From positions 208,438 through 272,437 of IMG/VR virus record IMGVR_UViG_3300042889_001503: a stretch of DNA of 64,000 bases. One strand, written 5' to 3'. A model generated the notes under the pieces. The model was not told the origin of the DNA. It did no database searches and saw only the letters and a list, made by a program, of their open reading frames with translations. A program made the position numbers and the translations under genes. Below, piece after piece: positions 53,481 to 60,025 of this stretch. How positions within the stretch are numbered: position 1 is the first letter of the stretch; each line of letters opens with the position of its first letter.

Positions 53481-54308
53481 ATGAAACAAACAAAAACTTA
53501 CCACGAATTGGTACAAAAAATGAGAACGTTCTTTGTAAACAAGAACTTTATTGAGGTTCCATCTCAATCACGATTATCTATTTTAGCTGCTTGCGAAAAT
53601 CCACATTCAGTTAAAACATTTGAATATGGAGGTGAAATTTGGCCGTTACCACAGACAGGACAAATGTGGTTGGAATATGAATTATTGAAAAATCCTGAAT
53701 GGGACGGTGTATTCTGTATATCAACATCATACAGAGAAGAGAAAAATCCAATCCCGGGTCGTCACGAATTAATCTTCCCAATGTTTGAATTTGAATCAAA
53801 AGGAACGATGGAAGATTTGGTTGCATTAGAACTTGAATTGTTACAATTCTTAGGATTTGATTCACCGGTTGAGGTAAACTATGAAGATGTGTGTAAAGAA
53901 TACGGTGGTGTATCCATTTTAGAGGACGAACACGAATCAAGAATGTGGAAAGAAAAAAGTGAGGTTATTTCATTACAAAACTTCCCAATTAGAACAAACC
54001 CATTTTGGAATATGAAACATAATTCAGATAACATCTTCAATAAGGTTGACGTAATCCTTTTTGGGCAAGAAACAATTGGTTCAGCTGAGAGAAGTTGTGA
54101 TGTTGTTAAGATGAGAGAGATGTTCTATACCATAGAAAATGGTGGTTACTCTCAGAAACTATTTGAATTATTTGGGAAAGATAGAGTTGAGAAAGAATTG
54201 GAAGAATTCTTATCTTTGGACTTCTTCCCACGTTTTGGTGCGGGGATTGGTCTAACAAGATTGGCGAGAGCTTACAATATAAATAAAGAATTAGTTGAGA
54301 CATATTAA
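53481..54308 (+). CDS. Class II aaRS catalytic-domain-only protein (AsnRS paralogue, asparagine synthetase AS-AR type)
   Basis: LPQTGQMWLE, STSYREE...RH...FPMFEFE (motif 2), ETIGSAERS, GAGIGLTRL (motif 3); no anticodon-binding domain. Confidence 0.8.
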   Translation: MKQTKTYHELVQKMRTFFVNKNFIEVPSQSRLSILAACENPHSVKTFEYGGEIWPLPQTGQMWLEYELLKNPEWDGVFCISTSYREEKNPIPGRHELIFPMFEFESKGTMEDLVALELELLQFLGFDSPVEVNYEDVCKEYGGVSILEDEHESRMWKEKSEVISLQNFPIRTNPFWNMKHNSDNIFNKVDVILFGQETIGSAERSCDVVKMREMFYTIENGGYSQKLFELFGKDRVEKELEEFLSLDFFPRFGAGIGLTRLARAYNINKELVETY

Positions 54309-54328
54309 AATGAATAGTATTTATTACT

Positions 54329-54526
54329 ATGAAGAAATTTTTAACATTTTTAATAATATGGATTGGTAGTAATTTGGCAGTACCTTTTTGGGTTGTTGGT
54401 CACGTTCATTTAAGTTTGAATATCTATAAAGATATTTATGAAATCTTGGCTTCTTGTGGTATGAACATATTAGTTTTGTTGGCTTTTTGGTTTGAATGGA
54501 AAAAAGAGAAAAAAAAAGAAAATTAA
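54329..54526 (+). CDS. Small membrane protein
   Basis: Two hydrophobic segments; TATTTAT at 54318-54324. Confidence 0.6.
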   Translation: MKKFLTFLIIWIGSNLAVPFWVVGHVHLSLNIYKDIYEILASCGMNILVLLAFWFEWKKEKKKEN

Positions 54527-54562
54527 TTTTGAAATGTCATAAAGATTATTTAATTTTGTCCT

Positions 54563-54742
54563 ATGAGTAAAGTAGTAAAAGAAATAGGGAAAAAATGGGA
54601 ACAAGTTTATGATGATATAGACGAGACGATTATTTGGAGATACGACACTTCAAAAAGCACATTTGGACCGTATGAGGTCGAAATAAAATATAAACGACCG
54701 GTGGTTAAAACCAAGAAGGTAATAAGGAAAGTCACAATATAG
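54563..54742 (+). CDS. Small hypothetical protein
   Basis: Manual ORF of 59 aa after TAATTTTG (54551-54558); terminator 54728-54753. Confidence 0.55.
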   Translation: MSKVVKEIGKKWEQVYDDIDETIIWRYDTSKSTFGPYEVEIKYKRPVVKTKKVIRKVTI

Positions 54743-54776
54743 TGACTTTTTTTGGTTTATAAAATATTTATGAATT

Positions 54777-55120
54777 ATGGAACAAACAAGAATGTCAGAA
54801 ATTAATCAACTATTTGAGGAAATTAAAAGTCAAACTAAATTGAAAGAAGTTAAACCTTTATTAGTTGAATTGGAAGAAATAATTACCAAAAAAGAGGAAT
54901 CAAATCAAAATAAAGTTATCCAACTACAACAGGAAATCAATCGACTTAGTCATCTGTAACATCCGGTGATAATTCTACACCAAAAACTAATAACTCCACA
55001 ACACCAAATTATAATAACTCCACAAGGAATCAGGTTGGGTATACCCATAATTCACAACTTCAGGGGTATAATAATCAAATTTCACCAATTATACCTAATT
55101 TTCACGGTTTACCAATATAA
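54777..55120 (+). pseudogene. Coiled-coil protein with apparently frameshifted Asn/Ser/Thr-rich tail
   Basis: ORF 54777-54959 stops; an adjacent frame is open from 54950 to TAA at 55118-55120. Confidence 0.35.
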
Positions 55121-55201
55121 CACAAAAAAAAATAAAAGAAATAGTTAATACAATTATTTGTTGATATTTATTAGTAACCAAATCTATAAAACACAACAAT
55201 T

Positions 55202-56323
55202 ATGAAAAACCTATCAAAAGAAGAATTATTAAGCCGTCTTGAGGCAATTAACAGAAGTAATGCTATTATTTATTTCGATTTATCGGGAATTATATTAGGT
55301 GTTAATGACATTTTTTTGGTGGCAATGGGGTATGGAATCGGTAATCACGATGAACTTATTGGTAAACACCATAGTACTTTTGTATGTGAAGAATATGCAA
55401 AGTCACCTGAATATGAAAAATTTTGGGACATATTAAGAAGTGGTAAGTACTACCAGGGAGAATTTGAAAGGAGAAGAAAAGATAGAAGTCTTATAAATCT
55501 TCAAGCGACTTATAATCCTATTTTTGATGATAGTGGTAAGATTACTAAAATAATGAAAATCGCTACTGACATTACGTCAATTGTTGATAGCAAGAAACAA
55601 ATAGACGCAATTAACCGAAGTACTGCTCTTATTAATTTTAATACAGATGGATTTATATTAGATGTAAATTCTATATTTTTAGAAACTATGGGGTATAAAC
55701 CCAACGAAAAAAATAATTTAATAGGGAAACATCACAGTGTTTTTGTAAGTTACGAGTATTCAAAGTCCGATGAGTATATTAAGTTTTGGGAAAATCTAAG
55801 AAAGGGTAAGTTTTTTGATGGAATATTTGAAAGAAGAAAAGTAGATGGTTCTATTGTTTATTTACAGGCATCTTATAATCCTGTGGTTGACAGTAAAGGA
55901 AATATTACTGAAGTAGTTAAAATTGCGACAGATATTACTGAGTCAGTAAATAATAAGAAAAAAATAAATGAACTTACGACTAATTTGACAATTGAGTTGG
56001 AAAACTCTCAAAAACTTAAACACTCAATTGAATTAGAAAAAAATGCCGCTCTGAATGATTTAGATGTAGTATTGAAAAAGAGTCAAAATGAGTTAATAAA
56101 AATAATTGTTAAATGTGCATTGGCTGTTATAGTTGGTGTTGGTATTGTGACAACTATGTTATATTGGGTGGCTATTGTGACAAATCAAGATACACAAATT
56201 ATTGGTTCAACTTGGTCAAATATGTTTAGTGTATTATTAACTAACGCATTTTCAATCGTTGGTACAATTATGGGAATTAAATACGCCACGCAGGATGGTA
56301 GTAATAAACCCTCAAGTAATTAA
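55202..56323 (+). CDS. Tandem PAS/PAC sensor fused to coiled coil and two C-terminal TM helices, no output domain
   Basis: Two AINRS...IGKHHS.FV...FW..LR.GK...F.RR.......LQA.YNP..D..G.I....KIATDIT repeats; TATTTAT at 55165-55171. Confidence 0.85.
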   Translation: MKNLSKEELLSRLEAINRSNAIIYFDLSGIILGVNDIFLVAMGYGIGNHDELIGKHHSTFVCEEYAKSPEYEKFWDILRSGKYYQGEFERRRKDRSLINLQATYNPIFDDSGKITKIMKIATDITSIVDSKKQIDAINRSTALINFNTDGFILDVNSIFLETMGYKPNEKNNLIGKHHSVFVSYEYSKSDEYIKFWENLRKGKFFDGIFERRKVDGSIVYLQASYNPVVDSKGNITEVVKIATDITESVNNKKKINELTTNLTIELENSQKLKHSIELEKNAALNDLDVVLKKSQNELIKIIVKCALAVIVGVGIVTTMLYWVAIVTNQDTQIIGSTWSNMFSVLLTNAFSIVGTIMGIKYATQDGSNKPSSN

Positions 56324-56349
56324 AATTTACCACAAATAACTAAAATTGA

Positions 56350-56398
56350 ATTGTCTTTGATATTTATATTAATAAACTAATTAAATATCAAAGACAAT
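56350..56398 (+). promoter_or_regulatory. Perfect 17-bp hairpin covering the endolysin initiation region, with TATTTATA in its 5' arm
   Basis: ATTGTCTTTGATATTTA (56350-56366) / TAAATATCAAAGACAAT (56382-56398); ATG at 56399. Confidence 0.8.
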
Positions 56399-57223
56399 AT
56401 GTTATTAAAAGTAGGGTCGAAAGGTGACGACGTAAAAAAACTACAAACAAAATTAGGGACAACCTCTGATGGTAATTTTGGTCCCGGTACCGAGAAATTG
56501 GTTAAAGAATGGCAAACCAAAAACGGATTAACTGCTGACGGAATAGTTGGTGAAGGAACTTGGAAAAAAATGTTTCCGGGTGAGATAATCAAAGAAGATG
56601 TTGTGATTCCAACAGGTGGTCCATTTAAATTAGAAAAATTAAAAGGACATATCCCTGAATCAGTAATTGCTCAGATTCCGGACACAGCAAAAAAATTCAA
56701 CATTACTAATCCATTAAGATTAGCTCACTTCTTAGCTCAATGTGGTCACGAATCAGGTGGATTCAAATCAGTGTCGGAAAACTTAAATTATTCAGCAAAA
56801 GGTTTAAAAGACACATTTAAAAAATATTTTATAAGTGAAGCTGCGGCAACACCTTACGCAAAAAACCCTGAAAAAATCGCATCAAAAGTATATGGTGGAA
56901 GAATGGGTAATGGTGATGAATCTACAAAGGAAGGTTATAAATTCAGAGGTAGAGGATATATCCAATTAACTGGTAAAGACAACTATAAAAATTTCACTAA
57001 ATTCATCGGAGAAGATTGTATTGGAAATCCTGATTTAGTTGCAACAAAATATCCGTTAGCGTCTGCGGCATTCTTCTTTGACTCAAATAAATTATGGTCT
57101 ATTTGTGATAAAGGCTCGGATGATGCTACGGTAACGTCGGTTACTAAAAGAGTAAATGGTGGAACCATTGGTTTACCTGACAGAATTAAACACTTTAAAG
57201 AATATTATAACTTATTAAAATAA
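56399..57223 (+). CDS. Endolysin: peptidoglycan-binding domain plus GH19 catalytic domain
   Basis: LKVGSKGDDV..LQ..L...DG.FG..T; RLAHFLAQCGHESG; RGRGYIQLTG; VTKRVNGG..GL.DR. Confidence 0.92.
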   Translation: MLLKVGSKGDDVKKLQTKLGTTSDGNFGPGTEKLVKEWQTKNGLTADGIVGEGTWKKMFPGEIIKEDVVIPTGGPFKLEKLKGHIPESVIAQIPDTAKKFNITNPLRLAHFLAQCGHESGGFKSVSENLNYSAKGLKDTFKKYFISEAAATPYAKNPEKIASKVYGGRMGNGDESTKEGYKFRGRGYIQLTGKDNYKNFTKFIGEDCIGNPDLVATKYPLASAAFFFDSNKLWSICDKGSDDATVTSVTKRVNGGTIGLPDRIKHFKEYYNLLK

Positions 57224-57266
57224 TTTTATATATTTACGGTATATTTATAATAAAAAACAATTAAAA

Positions 57267-58145
57267 ATGAATAAGAAATTAATTAAAGAAGACATTGCAA
57301 ATATGAAATACCTTTTTGGTTATAAACCGGGAAGAGTTATTTCTGAACAAGATATTGATTACACTACTGACGATTATTTAGATACTAACGACACTGAATT
57401 AGAAGAAAGTAACCCATTCAAAATTGGTGGGGGATTTGAAGATTACAATTTCCCTGATAAATTAAAAGATAGATTAAGTGACATTTATGATTTATTAGAT
57501 GAAGTAATGGAAGACCCGGATAACGACCCATCTGATTATTCAGATATGTATGATTTTGCGGGTGTAATAATTAGTCAAGTCTTAAATAAATTACGTGATG
57601 AATTTGGTGAGGATTTTGAAGAATACGAAGATGATGTTGATGATTATCTTAGAAATAATGAAGATGAAACAATATTTGATTTTTATAATAGTCGTTCAGG
57701 TTTTGACGATGAAGATGATGAAGATGAATTTGATGAGGATATGAATGAACAATATGACAACCAAAATGGTATGAATTGGGTTCAAAATACTACAATGGAT
57801 AGACAAAGTCCAATAGATGATGACAATGATGTTGAAGGGGGTGTGATATCAATCCTTAAAAAACATCGTTTACTTGATAACGTAGTAGAACCGGATGATG
57901 CAAGAATATTACTTAGAAATCAATCATCTGAAGTTGTTCAAAAGATTTTATCACTTTTACCTTCATTTACTGAATTAGGGTTTTTAGCGTTTATAAATTG
58001 TGAATCAGCAGATTTTTCTGATGTGGACATTTGTAGTTTACCTAACTTAGCTTTTATAAACTTAAATGGTACTGAAAATAATTTTGAAGAACAAGATTAT
58101 GAATGTGCTAACACAGAAGATTCACCTTTTTATTTCCTTGAATAG
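57267..58145 (+). CDS. Very acidic leader-bearing protein
   Basis: MNKKLIKEDIANMK...ISEQ; D/E-rich tracts; LRR-like C-terminal fragment; TATTTATA at 57242-57249. Confidence 0.75.
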   Translation: MNKKLIKEDIANMKYLFGYKPGRVISEQDIDYTTDDYLDTNDTELEESNPFKIGGGFEDYNFPDKLKDRLSDIYDLLDEVMEDPDNDPSDYSDMYDFAGVIISQVLNKLRDEFGEDFEEYEDDVDDYLRNNEDETIFDFYNSRSGFDDEDDEDEFDEDMNEQYDNQNGMNWVQNTTMDRQSPIDDDNDVEGGVISILKKHRLLDNVVEPDDARILLRNQSSEVVQKILSLLPSFTELGFLAFINCESADFSDVDICSLPNLAFINLNGTENNFEEQDYECANTEDSPFYFLE

Positions 58146-58158
58146 ATATTAAAAAAAT

Positions 58159-58184
58159 AAAACCCCCAATTTAGGGGGTTTTTT
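58159..58184. terminator. Terminator between convergent genes
   Basis: AAAACCCCC/GGGGGTTTT. Confidence 0.75.
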
Positions 58185-58186
58185 AT

Positions 58187-58879
58187 TTAAGATAAGTCTT
58201 TGGACATATTGATTGCAGCTTGTAAAGCCATTCCCATATCCTCAATTACTAATTTACCACGTTTCTTATATGGTATAACATAAGATATACCGGATTCTCT
58301 CATCCATTTTTTATCTAACTTGTCAGATTTACCATATAATTCAAGATACTTATATTCCCAACCAGCCCATTCCCACTCTTCGTAGTCTTCTTCTTTTGGT
58401 TTATAGTCGGCATCAAATAATCTATCCCCAATTTTAAATGTTTGACCTCCTCTGTGTGTATATCCGTGGTAACCAATTAGTTTATTATTATCGTCATATA
58501 CTTCAGCAACTCCGTGAGGATATTCCTCACAAACTTTCATTTTGTTTTGGTAATACCACCAACCACGTTCAATATCACCAACATATTCATCATCTTTGGT
58601 TAAAAATGAATTTGGTAAATGTTGTTCTCTTTTTAATTCTGGGGTATCTCCAAAATAATGAGAACCAATTTTTCCTCCGGTATATTTTTGTATAAAATAA
58701 ATACATTCCGGATTTATTAACCACCCATTTAAATCTCGGTGTGGAGTAATTCGGGACACTAGTTTTGTGAAACCTAAATTAATGTGAATTTTGTTTAATT
58801 TAGATTTTCCGGTATATTCAGGGTATTTTTCAAACTTTAATTTGATTTTCCCAATGTAGGGAGTTGTATTTTTTATCAT
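58187..58879 (-). CDS. Hypothetical protein
   Basis: Probable start MIKNTT; track start 58954. Confidence 0.7.
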   Translation of the reverse strand: MIKNTTPYIGKIKLKFEKYPEYTGKSKLNKIHINLGFTKLVSRITPHRDLNGWLINPECIYFIQKYTGGKIGSHYFGDTPELKREQHLPNSFLTKDDEYVGDIERGWWYYQNKMKVCEEYPHGVAEVYDDNNKLIGYHGYTHRGGQTFKIGDRLFDADYKPKEEDYEEWEWAGWEYKYLELYGKSDKLDKKWMRESGISYVIPYKKRGKLVIEDMGMALQAAINMSKDLS

Positions 58880-58927
58880 AATATAAAATTTTATGTAATG
58901 ATATGAAATTTCAAAGTATTTATCAAT

Positions 58928-59167
58928 ATGAAAATTAGAATAACTGAATCGCAAATAAAAAAAATCGAAGAAGGTATCTTTTGGGATGAGGAGAACTTAA
59001 ATGCGTTAAAAGGTATTACGGGAACCAAACAACAAAAAGAAGTCTTTAATGTTGAGGTAATAGAACCATTTTCAATAACATTGACGGATTCAATTCAATA
59101 TCATAGATTAGTTTATATATTAAGAACAAATGGTGTTAAATTTAAAGCTAAGGTTGATAAAATATGA
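58928..59167 (+). CDS. Leader-bearing hypothetical protein
   Basis: MKIRITESQIKKIEE; TATTTAT at 58917-58923. Confidence 0.7.
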   Translation: MKIRITESQIKKIEEGIFWDEENLNALKGITGTKQQKEVFNVEVIEPFSITLTDSIQYHRLVYILRTNGVKFKAKVDKI

Positions 59168-59622
59168 AACTAATAATTACAGAAAGTCAGTATAGAAAAA
59201 TAATCAAAGAAGATACTCAATTAGAATACACTAGTGAATTTTTGGATGGTGTTACGGTTGTTGTGGTATTTGAGGATGACCCATTATACGAACAAGTTAA
59301 AGGATACTTTGAGGAGTATGGGTTTGGGTTTATGGTTCCCGGTAAGAATTTAATCATTATTGATGGTGAAATATTAGTGGGACAACCGGACGCTAAAAGT
59401 GTTTTAAAATTTATTGAAGCTCACGAGGTTACCCACGTATTATTAAGTCACGATGGTCCAAGAGATGAGAAAGATGAGTTGGAGGCTGACTTGGGAGCTT
59501 ACCTATTATTACAAGATAAAGGATATTACGAATCAATCCGAACATTACTAGACCACTTCCAAGAAAGACACGGAGTTGAGTTTGATGAGAGTATGTTGGA
59601 CGATATAAAAAATAGAATGTAA
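59164..59622 (+). CDS. Leader-bearing HExxH metallopeptidase-like protein
   Basis: MKLIITESQYRKIIKED; IEAHEVTH...ELEAD. Confidence 0.65.
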   Translation: MKLIITESQYRKIIKEDTQLEYTSEFLDGVTVVVVFEDDPLYEQVKGYFEEYGFGFMVPGKNLIIIDGEILVGQPDAKSVLKFIEAHEVTHVLLSHDGPRDEKDELEADLGAYLLLQDKGYYESIRTLLDHFQERHGVEFDESMLDDIKNRM

Positions 59623-59634
59623 AAAAAAACAATT

Positions 59635-59889
59635 ATGACAGAAATAAATTACCCTTCAGAAAAAACGTATTTCATTGGATATAATGAAAACGATGATAAT
59701 GTTCATTATGGAATAATAGATGTTGACCAATGTATGGTGACAGGAAAAGAAACCGTTTATACAACAACAGTGGAACAGGAATATATTGACGAATTATTAG
59801 TTCATAATATAATATATGAAGATACTTTACCAAAATCGTTGGATTTACCTGAAGGTTTATCTGGATTGACTCACACTTTAACAATTTAA
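59635..59889 (+). CDS. Hypothetical protein
   Basis: 84 aa ORF. Confidence 0.6.
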   Translation: MTEINYPSEKTYFIGYNENDDNVHYGIIDVDQCMVTGKETVYTTTVEQEYIDELLVHNIIYEDTLPKSLDLPEGLSGLTHTLTI

Positions 59890-59898
59890 ACACAATAC

Positions 59899-60005
59899 CT
59901 GACAAAATAACAAACTAACCTGACATCTTGTCAGGTTTTTTGTTTTGGCACGATTTTGATAAAATGAGATTTGTGCTTGACACATTATAAATTAATATAT
60001 ATACT
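59899..60005 (+). promoter_or_regulatory. dnaK upstream region: TGACA-N3-TGTCA palindrome and TTGACA-N17-TATACT promoter
   Basis: AACCTGACATCTTGTCAGGTT inverted repeat; TTGACA at 59977-59982; TATACT at 60000-60005. Confidence 0.6.
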
Positions 60006-60025
60006 TTAACAAAACTTATTAAACT

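Noticed and set aside
59946-59960. Sigma-54 promoter before dnaK (TGGCACG)
   Set aside because: Spacing is GG-N9-GA rather than GG-N10-GC; a canonical TTGACA-N17-TATACT lies just downstream.
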